Source: Patescibacteria group bacterium (GTDB lineage: Bacteria; Patescibacteriota; Patescibacteriia; WFTA01; S139-112). Taken from it: a stretch of DNA of 36,054 bases. This document shows, one piece after another, positions 1-9,656 of this stretch (the stretch's first letter is position 1; the number at the start of each line of letters is the position of its first letter). The position numbers and the translations under genes are program-made. The stretch spans positions 1 through 36,054 of the forward strand of contig WFTA01000033.1 of NCBI GenBank assembly GCA_015485715.1, read 5' to 3'. The notes below the pieces were generated by a model. The model was given only the letters and a program-made list of their open reading frames with translations, ran no database searches and was not told the DNA's origin.

Positions 1-31
1 ACTGTATATTGACCAACTTGTCAAGCTCCAT

Positions 32-135
32 CCAGCTCCACTTTTCAACATTATCTGCAGATATGTTGCTTTAAATCAAATTATACACCCTATGGTTTTA
101 TAGCAAGATTTACCTCAAAAAGTGGGGCTGGGTTG
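32..135. mobile_element. MITE-like ~105-110 bp repeat, copy 1
   Basis: CCAGCTCCACTTTT...AAAAGTGGGGCTGG terminal inverted repeats and internal palindrome TATCTGCAGATA; near-identical to copies at 20530, 27723 and 30259. Confidence 0.8.
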
Positions 136-285
136 AATTTGACATTTGAGCTTTGGAATTTGGCATTTATTAGATTGGGTTATTGGGAAATTAGTTAGAG
201 TAATCAGGAATTTTTTAATTGGTTTAAAAATTAGAACATTTAAAATTGTTTATAAAATTAAAAATTACAAAATTAAAAATTATCA
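136..285 (+). repeat. AT-rich heptamer cassette (3' part)
   Basis: Closely matches 18725-18900 (CTTTGGAATTTG.CATTTAT.AGATTGGGTTATTGG...AAAATTACAAAATTAAAAATTAT). Confidence 0.75.
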
Positions 286-289
286 TTGT

Positions 290-469
290 ATGTCTAAAAT
301 AACAAAAGATCTTTTAGAGCAACTGCTAAGAGAAGCAGAAGAAAAGTATAAAGACGAATCTCCAGATACTTCATGGATTGAGTATTATGCAGAATATATC
401 TATAAAAACTTGTGTGAAGATGATGATGGAGGATGTTGCGGCGGAGGATGTTGCGGCGGGCAGGATTAA
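290..469 (+). CDS. Small acidic protein (59 aa) with C-terminal CCGGGCCGG Cys-rich tail
   Basis: ATG at 290 preferred because the 146-289 extension in the ORF track is repeat DNA; a 15-bp perfect tandem duplication (428-457) encodes GGCCG twice. Confidence 0.6.
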   Translation: MSKITKDLLEQLLREAEEKYKDESPDTSWIEYYAEYIYKNLCEDDDGGCCGGGCCGGQD

Positions 470-523
470 ATTTCTAATGAATAAAAGGTCATTTTAATTA
501 TATGAAATTAAGATAAGAACTAT

Positions 524-697
524 ATGGCGCATTATTTTTGTCCATATTGCGGCGGCGTTTCTGATGAACCAAAAAATTGTGAGATGGACGGATGCGAAGG
601 ACAGGGAACACCTTTACAGGAGTGCAATTGCTCTGATCCTGCATCACATAGCGCACCTGTATCTGATCAGAATGATGATCTTAACCAAGATCTCTAA
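524..697 (+). CDS. Small Cys-rich putative metal-binding protein (57 aa), absent from the ORF track
   Basis: Manual translation MAHYFCPYCGGVSDEPKNCEMDGCEGQGTPLQECNCSDPASHSAPVSDQNDDLNQDL; CxxC, Cx4C, CxC and His. Confidence 0.7.
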   Translation: MAHYFCPYCGGVSDEPKNCEMDGCEGQGTPLQECNCSDPASHSAPVSDQNDDLNQDL

Positions 698-769
698 AGA
701 TAATGAATGTAAATAAAAATAAGATGAAGGTATAATCTCTTGGAAATGTGAGAGATGTGTGTTTTATTT

Positions 770-798
770 TTGACAATAAAAAAAACTTTTGATAATAT
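770..798 (+). promoter_or_regulatory. Sigma70-type promoter of secDF
   Basis: TTGACA(770-775)-17 nt-TAATAT(793-798), 9 nt before the ATG. Confidence 0.6.
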
Positions 799-807
799 TA
801 TCCCTGT

Positions 808-2469
808 ATGACAACAAAGAAGAAAAATATAAGTCTTTTTATTTTTATATTAATAGTTGCAATAATTGCTGCTTTTTTTGATTTTGGTGTTCCAGACAAT
901 TTTCCAGCAGCCAATATACTAAATGCACGGGAGTATAAGCTGGGACTTGATCTTAAAGGAGGTGCACATTTGGTATATGAAGCTGATATGTCTGATATTC
1001 CGGCCCGGGATAGAGATTCCCTTATTCAAGGTGTAAGAGATGTTATAGAAAGAAGGGTGAATGCCATAGGTATATCTGAGCCTGTGGTACAGACTAACAA
1101 AACAACCAATGGAAATTACAGGATTATAGTAGAGTTGGCAGGGGTTTTTGATGTTAATGAAGCAATTCAGATGATAGGAGAAACTCCTCTTTTAGAATTC
1201 AAAGAGCTTGATGAAAGCGCTCCACAAAGTACTCAAATAGATAATGAAAAAGAAGAGGAAATCAGAAAAAAGGCTGAGGAAGTACTTCAAAGAGCATTAA
1301 ACGGTGAAGATTTTGCTGCACTTGCTGAAGAGTTTTCAGAAGATCCCGGATCTCGTGATAAAGGAGGAGATTTAGGATTTGTATCCAGAGGTGTTTTTGT
1401 GGAGGAATTTGACAATGTTCTGTTTAATGAGGATTTTAAAGAGGGAGAAGTCTGGCCTGAATTGGTAAAAAGTCCTTTTGGCTGGCATATTATAAAAAAG
1501 GAGAATGAAAGGACAGAAAACGGAGAAAAGCAGATTAGAGCCAGACATATACTTTTTTCAACTGCGTCTGCTGCTCAACAGACTGTTGAGTGGAAAGATA
1601 CAGAACTTACAGGAAGGTATTTAAAGAGAGCAGAGGTATTGTTTAACCCGGCAACTGGAGAGCCTGAGGTTGGAGTTGAGTTTAATAAGGAAGGCAGAGA
1701 ACTTTTTAAGGAGATTACAGCCAGAAATATAGGCAAGCCTGTTGCTATATTTTTGGATGGTCAAATCATATCCACACCTGTAGTTCAGCAGGAGATTACA
1801 GGAGGAAGAGCAGTGATAACTGGTCAGTTTACAGTCAAAGAGGCTCAAAAACTGGCGCAGAGACTTAATGCAGGAGCTCTTCCTGTGCCAATTACGCTTA
1901 TCAGTCAGCAGACTGTTGGAGCATCTCTCGGGCAAGATGCGCTTTCTAAAAGCATAAAAGCAGGTATTTTGGGTCTTATTGTTGTCTCTTTGTTTATGAT
2001 TTTATTCTATAGATTGCCGGGTGTGATATCTGTGATTGTTCTTGCTATTTACTCTGTTCTTTTACTTGCTGTGTTTAAGCTTATAGGAATCACGCTCACA
2101 CTGGCAGGAGTTGCAGGTTTTATTCTTTCTCTTGGACTGGCTGTAGATGCTAATGTGCTCATTTTTGAGCGTATGAAGGAAGAGCTTAGAGATGGTAAGT
2201 CGTTTGATGTAGCAGTAGAAGACGGATTCAAAAGGGCATGGACATCTATTCGTGATTCCAATGTATCATCTATTTTAACAGCATTGATTTTATACTGGTT
2301 TGGTACATCTTTGATAAAAGGTTTTGCCATAACCCTCACACTTGGAATACTTTTGTCTATGTTCTCTGCAATAGTTATCACCAGAATGATATTGAGATTT
2401 GTACCTCATCAGGATAAGATGATGTGGTTTTATGGAGTTTCCAAAAAATCAATTAAGAGTATAGAATAA
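808..2469 (+). CDS. secD: Protein translocase subunit SecD with inserted parvulin-type PPIase domain
   Basis: LGLDLKGG, ERRVNAIG, AVDANVLIFER motifs; insert at aa ~146-252 with FAALAEEFSEDPGS..GGDLG..FGWHII. Confidence 0.95.
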   Translation: MTTKKKNISLFIFILIVAIIAAFFDFGVPDNFPAANILNAREYKLGLDLKGGAHLVYEADMSDIPARDRDSLIQGVRDVIERRVNAIGISEPVVQTNKTTNGNYRIIVELAGVFDVNEAIQMIGETPLLEFKELDESAPQSTQIDNEKEEEIRKKAEEVLQRALNGEDFAALAEEFSEDPGSRDKGGDLGFVSRGVFVEEFDNVLFNEDFKEGEVWPELVKSPFGWHIIKKENERTENGEKQIRARHILFSTASAAQQTVEWKDTELTGRYLKRAEVLFNPATGEPEVGVEFNKEGRELFKEITARNIGKPVAIFLDGQIISTPVVQQEITGGRAVITGQFTVKEAQKLAQRLNAGALPVPITLISQQTVGASLGQDALSKSIKAGILGLIVVSLFMILFYRLPGVISVIVLAIYSVLLLAVFKLIGITLTLAGVAGFILSLGLAVDANVLIFERMKEELRDGKSFDVAVEDGFKRAWTSIRDSNVSSILTALILYWFGTSLIKGFAITLTLGILLSMFSAIVITRMILRFVPHQDKMMWFYGVSKKSIKSIE

Positions 2470-2470
2470 T

Positions 2471-3397
2471 ATGGCTGAATTAAAGATAATCCAAAAAAGA
2501 AAATGGTATCTGGCAATTTCTTCTTTATTGATTATTGCAAGTTTTGTGATGATAGCTCTATATGGGTTGAATTTTGGAATAGATTTTACCGGAGGGTCAC
2601 TGCTGGAGATAAAGATAGAGTCATCACAGCAAATAAGTCAGGATATGATAAAGTCGTATTTCAAATCTGATGAATTAAATGTCAGAGAGTATAAGCTTCA
2701 GCAGGTAGATACAAACAGGTTTATAATCAGGACAGAAAGTCTTACAGAAGAGGAACACCAGAAGCTGCTTGACATTCTTTCCTCAAAAGTGGCATCTGAT
2801 ATTGAAGGAGCAGAAGTCCAGCAGATTAGATTTGAATCTGTGGGGCCTGTGATTGGACAGGAACTTAAAAGAAAGGCAGGTATTGCACTTTTGATCGCAT
2901 CAGTGGTTATTATTTTATATATAGCTTTTTCATTTCGAAAAGTATCCAAACCTGTTGCTTCATGGAAGTATGGTCTGGGCGCTATTGTAGCTCTTGTTCA
3001 TGATGTATTTATTACAGTTGGCATATATACTTTGATTTCGCACTTCACTGATTTTAAAATAGATTCTCTCTTTATTACAGCACTTCTTGTAATACTTGGT
3101 TACTCGGTAAACGATACCATAGTGGTATATGACAGAATAAGGGAGAATCTTCTTAAAGAGACAGAATATGATTTTGAGGATTTGATAAACAAGAGTGTAA
3201 ATCAGACTCTTGTCAGATCTGTGAATACATCATTGTCCACGCTTTTGGTATTGATCGCAATGTATTTGTTCGGAAGCGAGATTTTGCAGGGATTTGTTTT
3301 GGCTTTGATTATAGGTATTGCTATAGGTACGTATTCATCAATATTTATTGCCAGCCCTTTGATATATATATTTGCTGGCAAACAAAAAGTCTCATAG
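2471..3397 (+). CDS. secF: Protein translocase subunit SecF
   Basis: GIDFTGG, VGPVIGQEL, GYSVNDTIVVYDRIRE motifs; directly follows secD. Confidence 0.96.
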   Translation: MAELKIIQKRKWYLAISSLLIIASFVMIALYGLNFGIDFTGGSLLEIKIESSQQISQDMIKSYFKSDELNVREYKLQQVDTNRFIIRTESLTEEEHQKLLDILSSKVASDIEGAEVQQIRFESVGPVIGQELKRKAGIALLIASVVIILYIAFSFRKVSKPVASWKYGLGAIVALVHDVFITVGIYTLISHFTDFKIDSLFITALLVILGYSVNDTIVVYDRIRENLLKETEYDFEDLINKSVNQTLVRSVNTSLSTLLVLIAMYLFGSEILQGFVLALIIGIAIGTYSSIFIASPLIYIFAGKQKVS

Positions 3398-3398
3398 T

Positions 3399-4241
3399 AT
3401 GAAAAGTTTTTTTATTGTTTTATTTATTGCTATATTTTCAGGCTGGGGCCTACAGCAAGTCTATGCAGGTCAGGATGAGGCAAGGAATTTAGACAGGCTT
3501 TATATTGATGAGGCTACTATATCAAGAGGATATACATTATCTACAGATGAAGGCAATTTTAAGGTGGGAGTAATTCCGTATGCAATATCAGATCCTGTAT
3601 TGGTGGTTGCCAAGGAAATTCCTGCTTCACATTTTCCGGAAAAGTCCACTCAAGGGAAGGTAAGTCTTATATATGAATATGATATCAGAAAAATAAAGGA
3701 CAACCTTCAGGGAGTAAAGAAAAAGGCATCTGATATATCTATGCAGGATACTGAAAGTCTTGGAGCCTTGGAGAAGCCTATATATGTAGCCTTGAAGTAT
3801 GATTCAGACACACTTAATAAAAAAGTTGTACATTTTTGGAATAAGCCAACTCAAAGCTGGATTCCACTTCCATCAAGTACAGATTTTAAAAACAAGCTTG
3901 CCAGGGCTGTAATACACCTTCCTTATGCCAGGCTTGCTGTGTTTGAGGATGATAATGTCTATGAAGGTGCAGCCAGTTGGTATGCTTATAAAAATTGCCT
4001 ATGTGCGGCCTCTACCATTTACCCTAAAGGAAGTTTTGTGAGAGTAACCAATATACATCCAACAAGCGGGAAAATAGGCAAGAGTATAATTGTAAGAATA
4101 AACGACTATGGTCCTGACCCTAATATCCATCCTGATAGGGTAATAGACCTTGATAAAGTTGCCTTTTCTGAACTTGCTGTGTCTTTGGGAAGCGGACTTA
4201 TGATGGTGAGGGTTGAGGAGGTTGAACATACGCCTCATTAA
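3399..4241 (+). CDS. Secreted protein with C-terminal RlpA-like double-psi beta-barrel domain
   Basis: Signal peptide from ATG 3399; GAASWY...VRVTN...VRINDYGP...RVIDL. Confidence 0.75.
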   Translation: MKSFFIVLFIAIFSGWGLQQVYAGQDEARNLDRLYIDEATISRGYTLSTDEGNFKVGVIPYAISDPVLVVAKEIPASHFPEKSTQGKVSLIYEYDIRKIKDNLQGVKKKASDISMQDTESLGALEKPIYVALKYDSDTLNKKVVHFWNKPTQSWIPLPSSTDFKNKLARAVIHLPYARLAVFEDDNVYEGAASWYAYKNCLCAASTIYPKGSFVRVTNIHPTSGKIGKSIIVRINDYGPDPNIHPDRVIDLDKVAFSELAVSLGSGLMMVRVEEVEHTPH

Positions 4242-4250
4242 AGATTTTGT

Positions 4251-5468
4251 ATGAAAAAAGCGCTTGCAAGTGTTTTGAAAATTCTATCCAGACTTGTCCT
4301 GAAAGTACACAGACCCTATGTAGTGGCAGTAACAGGGTCTTATGGAAAAACCACTACAAAAGATTTTATTTACGAAATATTGAAGGAAAAATATTTTGTC
4401 TGGAGAAGTGAGGGTAATCTAAATACAGAGCTTGGACTTCCTTTGGCTATTGCTGGCGTGAGAGTGTTTCCTGAAAAAAAAATTTTTAAGTGGATTTTTA
4501 CTCTTGCAAGGTTTATTTACTTTCTTCTGCCTTTTATATCCTACCCTAAGTATCTTGTGCTTGAAATGGGAGCTGATAAACCGGGAGATATATCTTATTT
4601 GTTGAGTATTGCACAACCTAAAATATCGGTTATCACTGCTGTTGGACCCACACATCTTCATCTTTTTGGATCTGTAGAAAATGTGCTTAAGGAAAAAGTC
4701 AAGCTTATTTATGCCCTGCCCCCAGAAGGCGTAGCTGTTATCAATAAAGACAGTTATGTCTTGTATGATTTTATTACTAAAACAGATCGACATTATCTGA
4801 CATACAGTACAGCTTCAAGCGATGCAAATATATATGCAGATAATATAGAATTTATAGTAAATACCTCAGATGAAAATATAGGAGGCACTAAATTTGATGT
4901 ATGTTTTCAGGAAAAGAGAAAAAAAATATATTTAAAAGGAGTTGTGGGTATTGGATACATATATGCAAGTTTGGCTGCCATTGGTGTGGCTTTGCATTGT
5001 GGATTTACATTTGATGAGTGCGCAAACCTGCTTTCAAAAAGAGAGATAATGGTCAAGGACAGAATGATCTTGAAAAAATACATAAAAGGTAGTATCATTA
5101 TTAATGATGTTTACAATTCGTCTCCAGATGCTCTAAGGTCAGCACTTAGTATATTATCCAGTATTAAGTGGCAAGGCAGAAAAATAGCGGTCCTTGGAGA
5201 TATGCTGGAGCTTGGTGTACATTCACAAAAATATCATATAGAAGCAGGAAAGCACGCAGCAGATGTGTGCGATATGGTGATAGGTATTGGTGAGGAGGCA
5301 AAGATGCTGGTTGATGAAGCTGGTAAAAAACTGGGTGAGGAAAAGGTAAAATGGTTTCCCAAAGAGGATTTGGAGGGACTAAAACAATATTTGTATCAGG
5401 TAATTGCAGAAGATGATCTGGTATTGATGAAAGCATCACGGGGAATACATTTGGAGAGGATAATATGA
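4251..5468 (+). CDS. murF: UDP-MurNAc-tripeptide:D-Ala-D-Ala ligase, short form lacking the usual N-terminal domain
   Basis: VTGSYGKTTTK, NLNTELGLP, LEMG, NDVYNSSP, LGDMLELG, KASRG. Confidence 0.9.
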   Translation: MKKALASVLKILSRLVLKVHRPYVVAVTGSYGKTTTKDFIYEILKEKYFVWRSEGNLNTELGLPLAIAGVRVFPEKKIFKWIFTLARFIYFLLPFISYPKYLVLEMGADKPGDISYLLSIAQPKISVITAVGPTHLHLFGSVENVLKEKVKLIYALPPEGVAVINKDSYVLYDFITKTDRHYLTYSTASSDANIYADNIEFIVNTSDENIGGTKFDVCFQEKRKKIYLKGVVGIGYIYASLAAIGVALHCGFTFDECANLLSKREIMVKDRMILKKYIKGSIIINDVYNSSPDALRSALSILSSIKWQGRKIAVLGDMLELGVHSQKYHIEAGKHAADVCDMVIGIGEEAKMLVDEAGKKLGEEKVKWFPKEDLEGLKQYLYQVIAEDDLVLMKASRGIHLERII

Positions 5469-5471
5469 TAG

Positions 5472-5826
5472 TAATTTTCAATTTTCAACCCCAGTCATCC
5501 CAGTTATACGACCATGTCATGCGACATGGCAAGCGGGACAAGTACGACCCCAATCATACGATAGGGCAGGCGGGGTAAAATTTTCAATTAACCAATGAAT
5601 TTACAATGATTTAATATTCTAATGGTTTAAACTATAATATACTGATACTTAGTACAGTGTTTATGGTTTGATTCATTGGATAATTAAATAATTGAAAATT
5701 TTATATTAGGATTTAGGATTTATTTATAAATTGGTTTTTGGGAAATTGTTTGTAAATTGAAAATTGAAAATTTGTAAATTACCTTTGGTCATTGTTTAGA
5801 ATTTAGAGTTTCGTATTTAGGATTTT
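5472..5826 (+). repeat. AT-rich heptamer cassette between murF and tRNA-Glu
   Basis: AATTTTC runs at the 5' end, GAAAATT runs and a TTTAG(A/G)A tail at the 3' end. Confidence 0.7.
5488..5579 (+). repeat. Four nested REP-like mini-hairpin units
   Basis: Parses as ACCCCAGTCA[TCCCAGTTATACGA{CCATGTCATGCGACATGGCAAG}CGGGACAAG]TACGA[CCCCAATCATACGATAGGGCAGG]CGGGGTAAA. Confidence 0.75.
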
Positions 5827-5839
5827 ACTACTTTTTTAT

Positions 5840-5912
5840 GCCGCGTTCGTCTAGTGGCCTAGGACGCCAGGTTCTCAGCCTGGAAACACGGGTTCGATTC
5901 CCGTACGCGGTG
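5840..5912 (+). tRNA. tRNA-Glu(CTC)
   Basis: Cloverleaf: GCCGCGT/ACGCGGT acceptor, CCAGG-TTCTCAG-CCTGG anticodon arm, ACGGG-TTCGATT-CCCGT T arm; no encoded CCA. Confidence 0.95.
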
Positions 5913-5913
5913 C

Positions 5914-7974
5914 ATGGATATGAGGCGGGGAAAAAATATCCTTGATTTAAGGGCTTTAAATAAAAGCAGGAGAGGGGCTAAGCAAGATTCGTATTTTAGA
6001 TCTGTTTCGATACATAACAAAGATGATCAGACATCTTATACTAATAACCCGGGTTCTGCGATTAAAGCCCCTAAGATAAAATTCCACATTCTTAAAGGGA
6101 TTGTGGATGATTTTATTTTTTCTGTAAAAAGGCTTTTTGATTTTAAAAAAGATAAATACACCCTTAACTTGGCTCCTGTAGAGGAGAAGGATAATATTAT
6201 ATTTTACATTGTATCACAGGCTGCTAGGTATTTATTTATAATAGTTTACTATATCTTTAAGGTTGTTAAAGGTATAGTATTTTTTCCGATAGTTTTGCTT
6301 GATAATATTTTAGATTTTATTGCCAAGCTTATATATATTCTTATAAAATATATTCTGTCTTTTATTGTTTTCATATTGAAAAAGGTATTTTATTTTTTAA
6401 GAGAACTTATCTCAATATTGGATATTCAGGTACCCTATTTTTGGTATAAAAAGTTGTTTGTTTTTGCAGTTTTTTCTTTTATTCTCATCATTCCTATAAA
6501 AATGTATTATTTAAAGGACACAGTAAATAAAGTCAGAGGCGAGGTTTTAGGAATATCAATCAAAGCTTTGTCCTACACTAACATTTTATCTTATGTAGAT
6601 GATTATTTGCCGGTTTTAAATATTGCCAAGTACTTTGCAGGTATTCCTGATAAGCGCAATATTTTGCTTATTTTCCAAAACAATGCTGAGCTTAGGCCAA
6701 CAGGAGGGTTTTTAGGATCTTATGCCTATCTGTCTGTGAAAAATGCTGAGATACTTGATCTGGATATTCCGGGTGGTGGTTTTTATGATCTTAAGGGTTA
6801 TGTTTCAAGAAAGATAGAAGCTCCGCTTCCTTTTCATATATTTTCGCCATATTGGCAGGTATGGAATGCCAACTGGTTTGCTGATTTTCCCCTATCTGCT
6901 GAGAAAATAATTAAACTTTATGAGATCTCAGGAGGGGAAACAGTTGACGGTATTATAGCTATTACCCCTGATGTTGTAGAGGATATTCTCTCTCTCACAG
7001 GTCCAATAGAAGTAAAAGATGGTCTGACTATAGATAGAAATAATTTTAGGACACTTACCCAAACTGAGGTAGAGATAAATTATGACAAAGAAGAAAACAG
7101 ACCAAAAGAGTTTATTAAAGATTTATTTGTGAAGGTGGCAGAACGGCTTATAAGCCAGCTTGATGAAAAGCAGGGAAAAAAGAAGGAAGAATATATAAAA
7201 AATCTGCTATATATTATTGATAAAAATCTAAAAGAGAAAAATATTCTTGTTTATGCTTCAGATTCTGATATAGAAAAAGAAATTATAGATATTGGATGGG
7301 GAGGTGAGTTAAAGGATGTGCCTTACGGGAATTATTTGTCAGTTGTACATACAAATATAGGAGGAGGAAAATCTGATCTGGTGATTCAAAATAAAATAAG
7401 ACATATTATGAGAGTTCAGGATCAAAAGATTATATCTGAAGTATATCTTACCCGTACCCATAATGGCAAAGAAGGAGAATTATTTTACGGGACAAATAAT
7501 TTAGATTATATCAGATTTTACACTCCATTAGGTTCAAAACTTATAGAAGCATCAGGTTTTTTATCAGATGACATTTCAGACAGGTTTGAATATATAGAAG
7601 GTATCAATCTCAAAAAAGACGAGGATCTTGAATATTCTATGAAGACTGCATCAATGGATGCTAAAAGTAAGACTGAGATATATGAGGAATCAGGAAAAAC
7701 TGTTTTTGCAAACTGGCTTAGCTTGAAGCCCGGACAAAGTAAAACTGTTTATTTAAAATATGAGACTCCTCTTGGACAAGGCGAAGATTTGATGGTTTTT
7801 TACTGGCAAAAGCAGGCAGGAGATATGAATACATATATAGAAAGTGAGATATATTTAGAAGACAGTGTTAATAAAAGTTCAGTGTTCGGCGATAATGTGT
7901 TGATTAATGGAAATAAAATTATATACTCTAATGACCTTAGACAGGATAGATATGTATTTATTTCTTTGAAGTGA
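5914..7974 (+). CDS. DUF4012-domain membrane protein
   Basis: FQNNAELRPTGGFLGSY, NWFADFP, DGIIAI motifs; several N-terminal hydrophobic segments; start may be 5920. Confidence 0.8.
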   Translation: MDMRRGKNILDLRALNKSRRGAKQDSYFRSVSIHNKDDQTSYTNNPGSAIKAPKIKFHILKGIVDDFIFSVKRLFDFKKDKYTLNLAPVEEKDNIIFYIVSQAARYLFIIVYYIFKVVKGIVFFPIVLLDNILDFIAKLIYILIKYILSFIVFILKKVFYFLRELISILDIQVPYFWYKKLFVFAVFSFILIIPIKMYYLKDTVNKVRGEVLGISIKALSYTNILSYVDDYLPVLNIAKYFAGIPDKRNILLIFQNNAELRPTGGFLGSYAYLSVKNAEILDLDIPGGGFYDLKGYVSRKIEAPLPFHIFSPYWQVWNANWFADFPLSAEKIIKLYEISGGETVDGIIAITPDVVEDILSLTGPIEVKDGLTIDRNNFRTLTQTEVEINYDKEENRPKEFIKDLFVKVAERLISQLDEKQGKKKEEYIKNLLYIIDKNLKEKNILVYASDSDIEKEIIDIGWGGELKDVPYGNYLSVVHTNIGGGKSDLVIQNKIRHIMRVQDQKIISEVYLTRTHNGKEGELFYGTNNLDYIRFYTPLGSKLIEASGFLSDDISDRFEYIEGINLKKDEDLEYSMKTASMDAKSKTEIYEESGKTVFANWLSLKPGQSKTVYLKYETPLGQGEDLMVFYWQKQAGDMNTYIESEIYLEDSVNKSSVFGDNVLINGNKIIYSNDLRQDRYVFISLK

Positions 7975-8126
7975 TTTTTAGCTAAAATAAGATAAAAAAT
8001 ATCCTTATATACAAATTAGACAAAGGGACTCTTGACAAAATCTCTTTTTTTTGCTTTTATTATATGTCAATTAAAACTCCCTTTGTTTATTTTATTTTAA
8101 GAAAAAAGGGGAGAGAGTGAAAAAAT

Positions 8127-9623
8127 ATGTATAAAACAATCAAGACAATTTATATATTCATTATCTTTAGTCTTGTCTTTTCCGGGCTTTTTTATTCTGA
8201 GCAGGTACAAGCTGTTGATATATCATCAGTTGATGTAGAGGTGACAGGGAATAAGGCAGTATTTACTTGGCAGACTGACAGGATGTCGGTTGGATGTGTA
8301 AAATATGGTCTCTCGTTTGAATACGAAAATATGATCTGTGAAGTGGGTGCAGGATATGACCATTATGTATCAGTTAAGGGACTGCTTCCCAATACTGTGT
8401 ATCACTATAAGATAGTATCAAAATATGGTAATGAGGTTGATGAGACTTTTGATGGAGTTTTTCAGACAGGAACTGTTTTTGATGAGGACGGACCAAGAAT
8501 ACTTGATATAAGATATGAATATGTTGGATCTAATTTTGTGTTAATTAAATTTAGGACTGATGAACCTGCCCGTGCGTTTATCAGATACGGTACAGACGGA
8601 AGAATGTATTCAAAAAATTATTCTTCATATTCCAGATTTACAAAAAATCATGAAGTTATACTTAAGAGATTAAAACCTGATACAACGTATTTATATAAGA
8701 TTCAGGCAGTCGACAGATCCAGAAACAGATCAGAGACAGAGATATTCAGGTTTACTACAAAAAGTCAGGAGGAGGCAGACGATTATGCTCCTTTAAAAAT
8801 AGTCAGTATAACTCCTCTTTCATATAAGGATGACCAGATTGGATATAATGATGCACTTATATCGTGGGCTCTAAACAAGCCAGCTCAGGCAACTATAAGA
8901 TTTGGTACAAATTCTCTGCGTCTTTCTGAAAAAATATCTATACCGGGGTATAACTTGCAGTCAGAGATTAGATTAAGAAACCTTAAACCAGAACAGATAT
9001 ATTACTATACACTGGAGATGAGGGATATTACAGGAAAGAGAATTAGATTTCCAAAGAGCGGTTATTTCTCTTTTAAGACTTTATCCAGAGCCAAGAAAAA
9101 GATAGTAAAAGGGGCCAGCATCAGCAGAGTGAGATTTGTGAAATCGCTGCATTCCCCTTATGTTTATATGTTGGTAAATGGAAAGAAGCACAGATTGAGG
9201 ACAGCTGAAGTAATGGCAAGTTATGGTATAACCATTAAAGATGTAGATATTGTATCTGCTGCAGAGCTTAAATATCTTGATGACGTAAGACTTGTCAAGA
9301 CTCCAAATTCTCCAACAGTTTATTTATTGTATCCTGAAAGGGGATTTAAGATCCCAATTCCTAATCCAGATATTTTTGAATCTTATCCGAAAAACAGATG
9401 GCAGGATATTGTGGTTATAACTAAAGAAGATCTGGATTCTTTTACCTCTGCCTATCTGGTGAAACCTGAAGGAGTACCTGTAATATATCTTTTGAAAGAT
9501 GGTATTGTCTATCCTTTTTACACTGAAGAAGTGCTGAAATATGAAGGATATAATCCTGACGATGTTGTAGAGATATCTCAAAAGCATTTTGAGTTTTTCA
9601 CTCAGGGTCCGTTAATTAGATAG
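8127..9623 (+). CDS. Secreted protein with three FN3/purple-acid-phosphatase-N-like domains and C-terminal VK..SP.VY.L repeats
   Basis: Signal peptide; repeated (W/F).TD....V.YG...L.P.T.Y.Y motifs; three VK(S/T/P)...VY/IY repeats. Confidence 0.7.
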   Translation: MYKTIKTIYIFIIFSLVFSGLFYSEQVQAVDISSVDVEVTGNKAVFTWQTDRMSVGCVKYGLSFEYENMICEVGAGYDHYVSVKGLLPNTVYHYKIVSKYGNEVDETFDGVFQTGTVFDEDGPRILDIRYEYVGSNFVLIKFRTDEPARAFIRYGTDGRMYSKNYSSYSRFTKNHEVILKRLKPDTTYLYKIQAVDRSRNRSETEIFRFTTKSQEEADDYAPLKIVSITPLSYKDDQIGYNDALISWALNKPAQATIRFGTNSLRLSEKISIPGYNLQSEIRLRNLKPEQIYYYTLEMRDITGKRIRFPKSGYFSFKTLSRAKKKIVKGASISRVRFVKSLHSPYVYMLVNGKKHRLRTAEVMASYGITIKDVDIVSAAELKYLDDVRLVKTPNSPTVYLLYPERGFKIPIPNPDIFESYPKNRWQDIVVITKEDLDSFTSAYLVKPEGVPVIYLLKDGIVYPFYTEEVLKYEGYNPDDVVEISQKHFEFFTQGPLIR

Positions 9624-9656
9624 TTGATAATTAACAATAAAATTAAGAATAGATGT

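Noticed and set aside
146-289. N-terminal extension of the 107-aa ORF
   Set aside because: It translates heptamer repeat DNA; ATG 290 is the plausible start.
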